A stretch of 64,000 bases of DNA from an uncultured Christensenellaceae bacterium (GCA_910586625.1 CAJUIZ010000004.1:43529-107528); one strand, 5' to 3'; positions 28,027 through 37,682 are shown, counted from the first letter of the stretch. Notes: a model not told the origin generated them from the letters alone. A program made the numbers and translations.

Positions 28027-29157
28027 TTACTTCAAACGCTCGGAAAAATCCTTCATCATTTCCGAAATTTTTATCTGCTGCGGACAGACCTTTTCGCAGC
28101 TTTTGCAGCCGATACAAGCGTCGGGCAGCTTGCCTTTGTCGTACGACGACAACGCCATAGGCGCGATAAACCCGCCGCCCGTAAAACGATGTTCGTTGTA
28201 CAGCCTGATAAGGTCTGGAATATCGAGTCCCTTGGGGCAGTGCGCGGTGCAGTAGCGGCACTCTGTGCAGGGCAGCTTGGTTGCGCCCACCATTTCGTCG
28301 GCGATAGCAAGCAACGTAGCGCATTCGTCGTCCGTTAGCGGCTTGTCGTGCCGGTACGTTTCGATATTCGCCTTGACCTGTTCGAGATTGGACATTCCCG
28401 AAAGAGTAACCGTAACTTCGGGGATACTTTGCAAAAACCTGAACGCCCAAGCGGCAATAGGCTCGTCTGGACGGACGGATTTCAGCGTACGCTCGTACCT
28501 TTCGTCCAAGCCTGCCAGCTTTCCGCCGCGCAACGGTTCCATAACCCAAACGGGTATTCCGTATTGTTGCAGCAGTTCCGCCTTGCGCCTTGCGGATTGA
28601 AATTCCCAATCGAGATAGTTGATTTGCAATTGTCCGAATTCCATAGCCGAGCCGTATTTTTGCAAAAACCGCTCTATCACGTTTAATTCGCCGTGCGCGG
28701 AAAATCCGAGATGCTTTATTCTTCCGTTTTGCTTTTGCTTTATCAAGTAATCGAATATGCCGTACTTTTCGTCCAAATACGCGTCTATATTCTTCTCGCA
28801 TACGTTGTGGAAAAGGTAAAAGTCGAAGTATTCCACGCCGCATTTTTGCAGTTGTTTTTCGAATATTTCTTCCACCTTGTCCATATTGGCAAGATCGTAT
28901 CCCGGAAATTTACTCGCAAGATAATATTTGGCGCGCGGATACTTAGACAGCAACTTGCCTGTGACAATTTCGGACTGACCGTCGTGATAACCCCAAGCAG
29001 TATCGAAATAGTTTACTCCGTTTGTTATCGCGTAATCGAACATTTCGGCGGCGGCTTGTTCGTCTATATCGGAATAAACGCCGTTTTTAATAGGCAGTCG
29101 CATCGTTCCGAAGCCCAAAGCGGAAAGCTGTATATCCTGAAATCTCTTGTAAATCAT
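28027..29157 (-). CDS. Aldo/keto reductase with a C-terminal 4Fe-4S ferredoxin-like domain
   Basis: 376 aa. AKR motifs (GFGTMRLP, FDTAWGYHDGQSE) and C-terminal CxxCxxCxxxCP plus CIGCKSCEKVCP. Confidence 0.85.
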   Translation of the reverse strand: MIYKRFQDIQLSALGFGTMRLPIKNGVYSDIDEQAAAEMFDYAITNGVNYFDTAWGYHDGQSEIVTGKLLSKYPRAKYYLASKFPGYDLANMDKVEEIFEKQLQKCGVEYFDFYLFHNVCEKNIDAYLDEKYGIFDYLIKQKQNGRIKHLGFSAHGELNVIERFLQKYGSAMEFGQLQINYLDWEFQSARRKAELLQQYGIPVWVMEPLRGGKLAGLDERYERTLKSVRPDEPIAAWAFRFLQSIPEVTVTLSGMSNLEQVKANIETYRHDKPLTDDECATLLAIADEMVGATKLPCTECRYCTAHCPKGLDIPDLIRLYNEHRFTGGGFIAPMALSSYDKGKLPDACIGCKSCEKVCPQQIKISEMMKDFSERLK

Positions 29158-29183
29158 ATCCGTCTCCTTTAATTTAATATATT

Positions 29184-29996
29184 TTAATTAACCGATTTGA
29201 AAAAGTCGTCGCACATAGCAAGCCACGTATGAACTTTATCCATAAACGGCTGATATTCGTTGGTTTGTTCGTCGGCTGTGGCAAGTCCGTGCCAGCCGCG
29301 CGGATACATATGCAGCTCGCACATAACGCCGCAATTAAGCAGCTCTGTTGCGAACGACAACGCGCCTTGCGGCAAAACCGCGGTATCCTGCGCTGTAGTC
29401 CAAATAAAGCATGGCGGAACGTCGCACGTAACCGCGTTGTCGAGATTGAGCTTGCCGAGCAGTTCATCGCGTTCTTCCGAGCCGTAACCCGACAGCAAAT
29501 TGTCAAACGAGTTACCGGATACGTAACGCGAATTTATTACGGGGTAACACAACGCTACGGCGGCAGGCTTGCAATCGAGCTCGACTCCGAACGATGCATT
29601 TAGCGTGTTATGCTGCGTGGCGAGACTTCCCACAAGATGTCCGCCCGCCGAAAAGCCTACGGTAAAAACCCTGCTTGCGTCTATATGCAGCTGCGCTGCG
29701 TTGCTCTTTACGTAGTCCGTTGCGCACGCCAATTGCAACAGCTGCGTGGGATAGCAATGCGGAGCTACCGAATAGTCCAAAACAAAAGCGTTGTAGCCGT
29801 TGGCAAGAAAGTAGCTTGCAATAGGTTCGCTCTCACGCTTGGATATGAAGGCATACGCTCCGCCCGGAGCTATTATTACCGCCGGCATAACGTAGTCCGC
29901 GGTGTTATCGCGGTAACTGTCGTGAATATAACAGGTTAGCGTCGCAGACCCTTCGAGCTTGTAACGCTCGGAAATATTTACCTTTTCTACAATCAT
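29184..29996 (-). CDS. Alpha/beta hydrolase (esterase/lipase-like)
   Basis: Preferred start MIVEKV at 29996 (ATGA overlap with the upstream stop). GFSAGGHL nucleophile elbow. Confidence 0.75.
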   Translation of the reverse strand: MIVEKVNISERYKLEGSATLTCYIHDSYRDNTADYVMPAVIIAPGGAYAFISKRESEPIASYFLANGYNAFVLDYSVAPHCYPTQLLQLACATDYVKSNAAQLHIDASRVFTVGFSAGGHLVGSLATQHNTLNASFGVELDCKPAAVALCYPVINSRYVSGNSFDNLLSGYGSEERDELLGKLNLDNAVTCDVPPCFIWTTAQDTAVLPQGALSFATELLNCGVMCELHMYPRGWHGLATADEQTNEYQPFMDKVHTWLAMCDDFFKSVN

Positions 29997-30559
29997 ATTT
30001 TCAACTCCTTGACGATAACGTCCGACAAAACCTTGTAGCCTGCGGCGTTGAGATGAACGCCGTCTTCTATAAAGCATTCCCGTTTGCGCCGCAGCTCGGC
30101 TATTCGTGTTCGAACGTCCGGTACCGTTACGTCAATGTCGGACGCATTGGACGCTATAAGGGCGTTAAAACGTTCTTCTTCCGCTTGAAAACCTGCATAA
30201 GACGGAGCGGAAACCACGTTGAGCAGGTATATGCGGCTGTCGCAAAACAAAGCGTGCAGCATTTCGACGACCCGTTTGCAATGAGCGTACGTTTCGTCGG
30301 CGGTACGGCCGCAATGTATATCGTTAAAGCCGAGATTTATTACTATATTGCGCGGCTTGGGCAGAGCGGCAAGCTCGCGCCCGTAAAAAAGCCAATCGTA
30401 AAAGGTAGTTCCGCCCAGCCCCAAATTGAGATTGCTTTGTCCGTCGAAAACACTGTAAAACGCATTGCCGCCCGCTATATCGGAATACTGCCAAAACTCG
30501 ATATATGAGTCGCCCAAAAACAAATTGTATTCGCCCTTGATATTATCCAGATTTTTCAT
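29993..30559 (-). CDS. SGNH/GDSL hydrolase-family protein
   Basis: Blocks GDSYIE, GGTT, NLGFNDI and DGVHLN. Start chosen at MKNLDN (30559). The ORF is open to 30631. Confidence 0.75.
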   Translation of the reverse strand: MKNLDNIKGEYNLFLGDSYIEFWQYSDIAGGNAFYSVFDGQSNLNLGLGGTTFYDWLFYGRELAALPKPRNIVINLGFNDIHCGRTADETYAHCKRVVEMLHALFCDSRIYLLNVVSAPSYAGFQAEEERFNALIASNASDIDVTVPDVRTRIAELRRKRECFIEDGVHLNAAGYKVLSDVIVKELKI

Positions 30560-30706
30560 TTCGCACCCGAACAGTTCGGTCGAATGTAGTATAATTACTT
30601 TTAACGCCGTTGTCAAGTTTAACTTTTGCAAATCAAAAAGCTCGATTACGTAGCAATAAACACAAAAAGCCTTCCGTAAGAAAGGCTTTTCAACAATATT
30701 TAACTT

Positions 30707-32383
30707 TTAATCCAAGCCGTCCAACAGCTTGCGGATTTCTTCCAACAGGTCGTCGGTGTCGCCGTCGCCATTGTTTTTGCGAATTTCTTCTATTTTACGA
30801 ATTAACGTACCGTCGTTTTGCGGAATGTAGTATGCGCGCGGAGAACCGTAAGCGGGCGAATTCTGCTCGGCGTCGTCTATGATGTGCTGAACGGATTCCG
30901 TAGCCGACTTAGCGACTGCGGTTTGTTTAGCCGCATCGTCCGTTTTTTCGCGCGGCGACTGGGCATCGGACACGCCGTACTGCAAAATAACCTGTTCGCG
31001 CGGATCGTCCTTCATTTCCTTGACCAACTTGTTGGTTTCGCTGGTTAAGTGTTTGAGATTTTCTATCTCGCGCATAAGTTCTTCCGCGCCTTCGACGTTC
31101 TTGGCCTGTTCTTCGACTTGACGTTTGGCTTCCAATTCGGCAATCTTGCGGTTGAGTTCTTCTTCGCGGGCTTTGGCTTCTTCGTAAGCCTTTTGACGGG
31201 CTTCCGCTTCCTTGCGGATACGTTCCGCTTCTTCGAGAGCTTGGCGTTTGGCTTCTTCTTCCGCCTTTACCTTGGCTTGCGCTTCCTGTTCCGCCTGTCT
31301 GCGGGCTTCCTGCTCGGCTTTAAGCCTTGCCTGAGTTTCCCTTTCCGCTTCCTTCTTGGCTTCTTCGTAAGCCTTGGCGCGAGCTTCTTCATACGCCTTT
31401 GCCCGAGCCTCTTCGTAAGCTTTTTGACGGGCGTTAGCCAATTCTTCTTCGCGAGCCTTGGCTTCCGCTTCCGCTTTCTTCTTGGCTTCCTGTTCGGCTA
31501 ACGCTTTCTTCTTGTTTTCTTCTTCGGCGCGCAGACGAGCTTCGCTTTCCGCTTTTGCGCGAGCCTTAGCTTCTTCTTCCGCTTTACGCTTTGTTTCCTG
31601 TTCGGCGATTATTTTCGCCTGAGCTTCGGCGTACGCGGACTTGCGGGCTTCTTCTATCGCCTTTTCTCGAGCTTTCATTTCCGCTTCTTCGCGTTCTCTC
31701 GCCTGCGCTTCCGCCTTTCTGCGAGCTTCTTCAATAGCAGCCTTTTGCGCTTCCTTTTCCGCCTGCTGTTCTTCAGTGAGACTTCTTAAACGCTCTATTT
31801 CACGCAAAAGCTCGTCGGTGCCGTCACTTTCTTGAACGGACTTGGCAACGGGTTTTGCAGACTTTTTGGAAGAGTACTGTTTAACCGCAACCGGACGGGA
31901 AACAGCACGCGCGGACGCGCGTTGCTTGGGCGCGGGAGCGGCTGCGAACGGCGGTCTGCCGAGATTGACGATTTCGTCCACCATTTCCGCGCTGGCTTGT
32001 TCGTTTTCTTCCGAGCTGATAATTTTTATGCCCTTACCGTGCAGATAGCTATACAAATATACCAAATCGCACGAAGCGGTTATAATACATACGGCGTCTA
32101 TTGCCGGCGCTTTGCATACCGCGTCCACTACGTCCACGAAAATACGGCTGTCGAAATCCCTGCGTCCGCGGCGTTTGATACGCATAGTACGTTCTACCTT
32201 GTAGCCCCTAACCTGCGCGCTTTCGTAAATACCCTTGTGCTTTCTTTCCTTAGCGCCGTACACTTTACCTGTAAGGATATTTCCCATACCTTCCAACTGC
32301 GCCAAAATTCCGTCGTAATTATCCGTAGTCAAATCTACGTTATCCACGTCTATAAAAAAAGCGATATTTTTGTTACGAAGCAT
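30707..32383 (-). CDS. NYN (LabA-like) domain protein with a very long K/E/A-rich coiled-coil repeat region
   Basis: Start MLRNKNIAFFIDVDNV at 32383 with SD AAGGAG 8 nt upstream. NYN N-terminal about 130 aa. About 250 aa of EEAKRKAEAEAKAR-type repeats. Confidence 0.75.
   Translation of the reverse strand: MLRNKNIAFFIDVDNVDLTTDNYDGILAQLEGMGNILTGKVYGAKERKHKGIYESAQVRGYKVERTMRIKRRGRRDFDSRIFVDVVDAVCKAPAIDAVCIITASCDLVYLYSYLHGKGIKIISSEENEQASAEMVDEIVNLGRPPFAAAPAPKQRASARAVSRPVAVKQYSSKKSAKPVAKSVQESDGTDELLREIERLRSLTEEQQAEKEAQKAAIEEARRKAEAQAREREEAEMKAREKAIEEARKSAYAEAQAKIIAEQETKRKAEEEAKARAKAESEARLRAEEENKKKALAEQEAKKKAEAEAKAREEELANARQKAYEEARAKAYEEARAKAYEEAKKEAERETQARLKAEQEARRQAEQEAQAKVKAEEEAKRQALEEAERIRKEAEARQKAYEEAKAREEELNRKIAELEAKRQVEEQAKNVEGAEELMREIENLKHLTSETNKLVKEMKDDPREQVILQYGVSDAQSPREKTDDAAKQTAVAKSATESVQHIIDDAEQNSPAYGSPRAYYIPQNDGTLIRKIEEIRKNNGDGDTDDLLEEIRKLLDGLD
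31359..31430. repeat. Three imperfect 24-nt tandem copies inside the NYN gene (encode AKAYEEAR units)
   Basis: GCTTCTTCGTAAGCCTTGGCGCGA / GCTTCTTCATACGCCTTTGCCCGA / GCCTCTTCGTAAGCTTTTTGACGG read directly. Embedded in a longer degenerate repeat field (about 31100-31800). Confidence 0.8.
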
Positions 32384-32442
32384 ATTATATCTCCTTTGCA
32401 TCGATTATTAAAACCGACTATACTATATTATTTTACAATATT

Positions 32443-33276
32443 TTACTGCCCTTGTCTATACTTTCGCTGAAAATAAAACAAATATTGTTGGCACAAGCCG
32501 GCGTCTTGACCGAATAAACCGCAGAAAAATTGCGCTATTTCGCTATCCTTATGTCCCTGCTCGAAATGCTCGTGATACACCTTTTTTATCCAAGTATCCA
32601 CGGGGAAAACGTCTCCGCGTTTTAGACCGAAAAGCATAATACAATCCGCAACCTTTGGTCCGACGCCCGTAAACGTCAGAAGCTCGCGTCGCGCGGACGC
32701 GCTGTCGAGAGCGGAAAGAACGGACAAATCGTAGCCGAGCAGCCTATTTGCCGTTTCGGACAAATATCTGTCGCGGTACCCCGCGCCCATCTCCGTAAAT
32801 AACCTTACGGGCGCAGAAGCAAGCGATTGTACGGACGGAAACGCCTTGCCGTACGGCGTGTCCTGCCCCAAAGCCGCGCATATGCGTTCGATAATAAGCT
32901 GTATCCGCTTGATATTGTTATTGGCGGATATAATAAAGCTGAAAATCATCTCGGTAAGGTCCTGATTGAGTATGCGTATACCCTTGCCGAAGGCAACCGC
33001 TTCGCTCATAAGCGGCGACAATGCGGATATGCGGCGCGCCTTGGATTCGTAGTCGGCATCCAAATCGAAAAAGTTCCAAAAGTAGTCTTTATCCTGCGTT
33101 CTTACTTCCACGTCGCAGCCGTTATAGGACAGCTCGGCGTATTTATCCAAAGAATACACCGCATACGCGCCGTTCGGCAAACGCTTGTAGCGGAAAATCT
33201 GTCCGCATTCCAACGTGTCGGTTATATTGAAATATTCCTTGGGGTAAGTAAATGCAATGGGTAGTTTTTCGTTCAT
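32443..33276 (-). CDS. ogg: 8-oxoguanine DNA glycosylase / HhH-GPD family (OGG-like)
   Basis: 277 aa. HhH-GPD motif FTGVGPKVADCIMLFGL...VFPVDTWIKK. Confidence 0.8.
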   Translation of the reverse strand: MNEKLPIAFTYPKEYFNITDTLECGQIFRYKRLPNGAYAVYSLDKYAELSYNGCDVEVRTQDKDYFWNFFDLDADYESKARRISALSPLMSEAVAFGKGIRILNQDLTEMIFSFIISANNNIKRIQLIIERICAALGQDTPYGKAFPSVQSLASAPVRLFTEMGAGYRDRYLSETANRLLGYDLSVLSALDSASARRELLTFTGVGPKVADCIMLFGLKRGDVFPVDTWIKKVYHEHFEQGHKDSEIAQFFCGLFGQDAGLCQQYLFYFQRKYRQGQ

Positions 33277-33391
33277 ATAAATAACCTTATCTTTAGTATT
33301 TTAACGGTTACGACGCGCCGCACTTTGTCCGATTTGCAGGGATAGCCCCTGACCGTGTTTATTCATCGGCAGACGTAACTGATAGACTATT

Positions 33392-33419
33392 AAAAAAGCC
33401 AAGCTTAAACTTGGCTTTT
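33392..33419. terminator. Terminator downstream of rpmA
   Basis: AAAAAAGCCAAG CTTAAA CTTGGCTTTT: perfect stem flanked by A-run and T-run. Confidence 0.7.
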
Positions 33420-33435
33420 GTAAATTGATTGTTTA

Positions 33436-33720
33436 TTATTGCGCTACGGGATAAACGGAAACCTGACGCTTGTTTTTGTCCTTGGCTTCAAACTTAACCA
33501 CGCCGTCTATAAGCGCGAACAAGGTGTCGTCCTTACCGATACCTACGTTGTTGCCGGGGTGGAAGTGCGTTCCGCGTTGACGTACAAGAATGTTGCCCGC
33601 TTTTGCGAATTGACCGTCGGCGCGTTTGGCTCCAAGACGTTTACTTGCGCTGTCGCGGCCGTTCTTGGTGCTGCTGGTTCCCTTTTTGTGCGCGAACAAT
33701 TGCAGTTTGATAAACATCAT
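33436..33720 (-). CDS. rpmA: 50S ribosomal protein L27 (with a cleavable N-terminal extension)
   Basis: 94 aa. [24 protein letters not shown]... The extension before the AHKKG motif is typical of Prp-processed Firmicutes L27. Confidence 0.95.
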   Translation of the reverse strand: MMFIKLQLFAHKKGTSSTKNGRDSASKRLGAKRADGQFAKAGNILVRQRGTHFHPGNNVGIGKDDTLFALIDGVVKFEAKDKNKRQVSVYPVAQ

Positions 33721-33721
33721 C

Positions 33722-34051
33722 TTAAATTACCTCCAAATTGATATAGTCGGAATACTCTGTGTAAAAGTCCTTTATTCCGCACAGCATAGTGTTGAGAATA
33801 ACGTCGGCGTCGTGCCGTTCCTGCTCCGTCAAATCCGACGGCAGAGTAAACCTTAGAGAGCCCGTTCCTTCGTCTACGGAGTACTTGACGTTGATTTTGG
33901 CAACGGACAGTAACCCCAACAGCGCAGACTGTATAAGCGTGGATAAACCCGCGCACACAATGTCTTCGCCCGACTCGCCGTAGCCGGTATGCCCCGACGC
34001 AGTCACTTCGACAATGGAATTGTTAATACTTTTTATTGTAATGTCAGTCAT
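33722..34051 (-). CDS. prp: Ribosomal-processing cysteine protease Prp
   Basis: 109 aa. [18 protein letters not shown] motif, located between rplU and rpmA. Confidence 0.9.
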   Translation of the reverse strand: MTDITIKSINNSIVEVTASGHTGYGESGEDIVCAGLSTLIQSALLGLLSVAKINVKYSVDEGTGSLRFTLPSDLTEQERHDADVILNTMLCGIKDFYTEYSDYINLEVI

Positions 34052-34052
34052 T

Positions 34053-34358
34053 TTACAAAGCGATAGATTCGATCTTCAACTTAGTGTAAGGCTGTCTGTG
34101 ACCTTGACGCTTGCGAATGTTCTTTTTGGCTTTGTAAGTGAAGATATTGATCTTCTTGCCCTTGCCGTGTTCTACGACGGTAGCTTTAACCTTAGCTTTT
34201 GCGGCGTCGGTGCCTACAAGCACCTTGTCGCCGTCGGAAGCGAGTACCACTTCCAACTCTACCGTAGAATTGACTTCGGCGCTAAGCAGTTCCGTTTCGA
34301 AAATGAGACCTTCCGTAACCTTGTATTGCTTTCCGCCGGTTTTAACAATTGCGTACAT
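34053..34358 (-). CDS. rplU: 50S ribosomal protein L21
   Basis: 101 aa. [14 protein letters not shown]... Confidence 0.95.
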   Translation of the reverse strand: MYAIVKTGGKQYKVTEGLIFETELLSAEVNSTVELEVVLASDGDKVLVGTDAAKAKVKATVVEHGKGKKINIFTYKAKKNIRKRQGHRQPYTKLKIESIAL

Positions 34359-34482
34359 AGTTTTTTACCTCCCGTATCAGAGTCTCGCTAAACAAGGGTG
34401 AACGAAAAGTATCGTCGCTTGACAAAATAACCCTTTTTATGCGGCTACCACATATACTACACTACTTGCAAGCTTTTGTCAA
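34359..34482 (-). promoter_or_regulatory. rplU promoter and about 90-nt structured leader (possible L21 leader)
   Basis: On the minus strand: TTGACA (34477-34482), 17 nt, TAGTAT (34454-34459). The leader contains AAGGGT...ACCCTT pairing followed by GTTT. Family assignment is not verified. Confidence 0.45.
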
Positions 34483-34749
34483 ACGAATAGCGGCAAAAAG
34501 GCAAACAAAACTTGGGAAAAGGCAGCGTGCTGTTTTATTGACGCGGGCGGCAAACGTTCTTATTGGTGTATGCGCCGAACTGCTGTATTCATTTGTGCGG
34601 AGCACGGTTATGTTTCCGCGACGTTACAGACAACAGTGGTAAGTTTGATTTAGTTTGCGCCGAATTGGCGGCAGCACTTTGAAATTGGCACAGGCGCGGC
34701 GGAGAGAATGAAAAATAACAAAAAAATTGAGAAAAAGCTGTAAAAACTA

Positions 34750-34778
34750 TTGCAAAATTTTGAATTTTAGAGTATTGT
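34750..34778 (+). promoter_or_regulatory. Possible promoter for tRNA-Val
   Basis: TTGCAA (34750-34755), 17-nt spacer, TATTGT (34773-34778), about 16 nt before the tRNA 5' end. Confidence 0.35.
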
Positions 34779-34794
34779 ATTAGTACAAAAATAC

Positions 34795-34871
34795 GGAGGC
34801 ATAGCTCAGTCGGTTAGAGCGCTCGCTTCACATGCGAGAGGTCGTAGGTTCGAATCCTACTGTCTCTACCA
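34795..34871 (+). tRNA. tRNA-Val (anticodon CAC), CCA encoded
   Basis: Hand-folded cloverleaf. Acceptor GGAGGCA/TGTCTCT (two G-U pairs). D arm GCTC/GAGC. Anticodon stem CTCGC/GCGAG with loop TTCACAT. T arm GTAGG-TTCGAAT-CCTAC. Discriminator A plus CCA. Confidence 0.9.
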
Positions 34872-34876
34872 ACGGC

Positions 34877-34915
34877 AACCTAAAACGAACCATCGTTTTG
34901 GGTTGTTTTTCTTTT
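34877..34915 (+). terminator. Rho-independent terminator after tRNA-Val
   Basis: Stem AACCTAAAACGA/TCGTTTTGGGTT (one wobble) followed by GTTTTTCTTTT. Confidence 0.7.
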
Positions 34916-35103
34916 GCAAAGGACACTGCGCACGATCCCAATTTTAGCCGTCGGTTGAGATAAACATTTTCGGCTTATAAAAGATAAACGCCTATTTGAA
35001 TTATCATAAAGCGATACTCTACTTTTATAATTTTTTTTCGTGCACTTGAAATGTATAAACTATTGCGATTACTGTCAATATATGATATAATATTTTTACT
35101 TTT

Positions 35104-36573
35104 ATGAAAAAGCAAAATATCGGATTATCAACAGAAAAATCAAATGGGCGCGTTTATACGCCTGAATTTATCGTTGAAAACGTCCTTGATTTAGCAAGTT
35201 ATCACGGACAAACGATATTGAAAAAGCACGTCATTGACAACAGTTGCGGAAATGGCGCTTTTTTGGTTGCTATTGTGCAAAGATATTGCAAAGAATTTTT
35301 AAAATACAGTAACGACATAAATGTATTGAAAAACGAACTTGCAACTTATATACACGGTATCGAGATAGATAAGAAAATAAGGAATGAATGTATTGAAAAT
35401 TTGAATCATACCGTTAAAACATTCGGTTTATGCAATATCGAATGGGACGTTCTATGCGCCGATACTTTAACTGTTGACAAATTTAACGGTAAAATGGACT
35501 TTGTTTTAGGCAATCCGCCGTATATTAGAGTTCATAATTTGGGTGAAGCGTTTGACAATATCAAAAAGTTTTCTTTTGCGCAAAACGGAATGACCGATTT
35601 GTATATCGTGTTTTACGAAATCGGCTTAAAAATGTTAAATAATAATGGCACATTGGGATATATTACGCCAAGTTCTTATTTCAATAGTTTGGCTGGTAAG
35701 CATATGCGTTCATATCTAATAAAGAACAATTTATTAGACCGAATTGTTGATTTGAAACATTTTCAGGCTTTTTCTGCAACTACATATACAACGATAACGA
35801 TTTTGAAAAGCAATCGCAACCAAACCACTACGGACTATTATCAATTTGAAGAAAGAAATAATTTTCCATATTATGTCGATACACTTTCGGCAGAAGATTT
35901 TTATATAAATTTCAATTTCTATTTTGCCGACAAACAAAAATTAGCGGAATTGAAAAATATTCTAATGTTTAAGTCTACAATAGAATACTTTTCGGTCAAA
36001 AACGGATTCGCCACATTAGCAGACGATTTCTTTATCGGCAACTTTAGTTTTGATGAATTTACAATCCCTGTCGTTAAAGCATCAACGGGGAAACAATATA
36101 GGTGTTTTTTTCCGTATATTAACGGAAAACTTGTTGATTACGATACTTTAACGTCAAACAAGGAAATAAAAGATTATTTAGAAATGAATAAAAGTATGTT
36201 GCGTAATCGTAGTTTGGACAATGGCAACGGTTGGTATGGTTTTGGCAGGTCGCAAGGAATAAATGACGTTTATAAATGCAAATATGCCATTAATGCCTTG
36301 CTAAAATATTCCAAAGATTTAAAACTAATGAAGTGCGATAAAGGTGTTGGCGTTTACAGCGGACTTTATATATTGACAGACATTCCCGAATACGAATTAA
36401 ACGAAATGTTGAGTAATGCGGATTTTATTTCATACATAGCGTTATTAGGTAAATATAAGAGCGGCGGATACTACACTTTTTCGTCCAAAGATTTGAAAAA
36501 TTATCTTGAATATAAATACTCACAAAGGAACGGTTTTAAGAATGAACAACGAACAATTTTTAGTTACACTTAA
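35104..36573 (+). CDS. Type II N6-adenine DNA methyltransferase (gamma class, Eco57I/TaqI-like)
   Basis: 489 aa. Motif I VIDNSCGNGAFLV, motif IV LGNPPYIRV (NPPY at 35512-35523), C-terminal target-recognition region. Markedly AT-rich gene. Confidence 0.85.
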   Translation: MKKQNIGLSTEKSNGRVYTPEFIVENVLDLASYHGQTILKKHVIDNSCGNGAFLVAIVQRYCKEFLKYSNDINVLKNELATYIHGIEIDKKIRNECIENLNHTVKTFGLCNIEWDVLCADTLTVDKFNGKMDFVLGNPPYIRVHNLGEAFDNIKKFSFAQNGMTDLYIVFYEIGLKMLNNNGTLGYITPSSYFNSLAGKHMRSYLIKNNLLDRIVDLKHFQAFSATTYTTITILKSNRNQTTTDYYQFEERNNFPYYVDTLSAEDFYINFNFYFADKQKLAELKNILMFKSTIEYFSVKNGFATLADDFFIGNFSFDEFTIPVVKASTGKQYRCFFPYINGKLVDYDTLTSNKEIKDYLEMNKSMLRNRSLDNGNGWYGFGRSQGINDVYKCKYAINALLKYSKDLKLMKCDKGVGVYSGLYILTDIPEYELNEMLSNADFISYIALLGKYKSGGYYTFSSKDLKNYLEYKYSQRNGFKNEQRTIFSYT

Positions 36574-37120
36574 AAAGTCTTTTCTTACATATTTAAAAAC
36601 AGGCGCTCGTAGTAATAAAAAGTTAGAAGTTTTACACGGTGCAATTTCACAAGATTTAAGTGAAAGATTAAATGACACCGACTATTCCGTGTACTCATTA
36701 GGCTACGGAAAAGGCAAAGAACGCAAAATAAACGGTCGCTATATAGATAAAGCGGTTGATATTACAATTGAAGAAAATGGCACGCCTATTGCTGGAATTG
36801 CCGTTAAATATGTGATGAGCAATTATTCTCAAAACTCTAACAATTATTTTGAAAATATGCTCGGTGAAACTGCAAATATACGTTCTGCTCAATTACCATA
36901 TTTCCAAATTTTTGTTATTCCTGACAAAATTCCATATTTTAATAAAGACGGTATTATAACAAAATGGGAACGAATCAATGAGCATAATTTGAAAAAATAT
37001 ATTAAGTTGTCGGAAGATAACATAGATAACTATTTGCATACGCCAAACAAGACGTTAGTTTTTATCGTGCATATTCAAGATAATAATGCCGAAACAAAAA
37101 TAGAGAATAAAACGCAGTAA
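36542..37120 (+). CDS. Putative type II restriction endonuclease partner of the methyltransferase
   Basis: 192 aa from MNNEQF (36542), overlapping the MTase 3' end by 32 nt. Possible PD-(D/E)xK-like segment IDKAVDITIEE...GIAVKYV. Assignment rests mainly on context. Confidence 0.5.
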   Translation: MNNEQFLVTLKKSFLTYLKTGARSNKKLEVLHGAISQDLSERLNDTDYSVYSLGYGKGKERKINGRYIDKAVDITIEENGTPIAGIAVKYVMSNYSQNSNNYFENMLGETANIRSAQLPYFQIFVIPDKIPYFNKDGIITKWERINEHNLKKYIKLSEDNIDNYLHTPNKTLVFIVHIQDNNAETKIENKTQ

Positions 37121-37469
37121 AAAGGAATTTCTCAACGGAAGAAACGTTTATTACGTTTGGGAAAGCGACGGAATATGGGCTAGCGCGTTGCGGCTGTACT
37201 GCATTTCCGACAATTTTTATTATTTAGAAGCATTAGAAACCGCTCCGAATTTTCGCAAACAAGGCTATGCTACGCGGCTTTTGAACGAAGTGATTTCTTT
37301 GCTAAAAAATAACGGACATTTTACAATCTGCGATTGTGTAAGTAAGAAAAATGCGGCTTCACTAAACACGCACACAAAGTGCGGTTTCAAAATTATTGAC
37401 GAGAATGGGTACGACTACCTGCAACAAGAGCGCGACGAACATTGCTACGGCTTGGAATATTCGTTTTAG
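37104..37469 (+). pseudogene. N-terminally truncated GNAT acetyltransferase remnant
   Basis: The frame is open from 37104 (inside the REase 3' end) and encodes ...VYYVWESDGIWASALRLYCISDNFYYLEALETAPNFRKQGYATRLLNEVI... (GNAT motif A R-x-x-G-x-A). No ATG and no N-terminal alpha1-beta1 region. The only candidate start is TTG at 37188. Confidence 0.55.
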
Positions 37470-37494
37470 ATCGCAGTTACTCTACCACTAATAA

Positions 37495-37527
37495 GCTAAA
37501 ACTAACACGTTTTAGCCTTTTTTATTT
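37495..37527. terminator. Bidirectional terminator between the GNAT remnant and the RHH gene
   Basis: Stem GCTAAAAC/GTTTTAGC (37495-37502 / 37509-37516) followed by CTTTTTTATTT. Confidence 0.65.
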
Positions 37528-37532
37528 CGTAA

Positions 37533-37682
37533 CTAATTCTCTTTTATTTCGTTAATGTATTTTCTCAAAATCAAATTGATAAACTGCGACAAGGAACGTT
37601 CGTCTTTGTCTGCTTCTTCTTTTAGGTCTTTTAATAAATCTGCATCTATTGTAATACTGATTTTTTCTTTCAACGGTTTCAT
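37533..37682 (-). CDS. Ribbon-helix-helix (CopG/Arc-like) small DNA-binding protein
   Basis: 49 aa from MKPLKEKISITIDADLLKDLKEEADKDERSLSQFINLILRKY. SD AAGGAG 6 nt upstream of ATG 37682. Confidence 0.65.
   Translation of the reverse strand: MKPLKEKISITIDADLLKDLKEEADKDERSLSQFINLILRKYINEIKEN

Noticed and set aside
31049-31835. Periodic DNA repeats that might have been a CRISPR array or a non-coding satellite, plus plus-strand ORFs 31049-31501 and 31641-31835.
   Set aside because: The repeats are degenerate, have no unique spacers, and lie entirely within the open reading frame of the NYN protein, encoding K/E/A heptad-like units. The plus-strand ORFs are antisense artefacts of the same low-complexity DNA. 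No CRISPR array is visible anywhere in the window.
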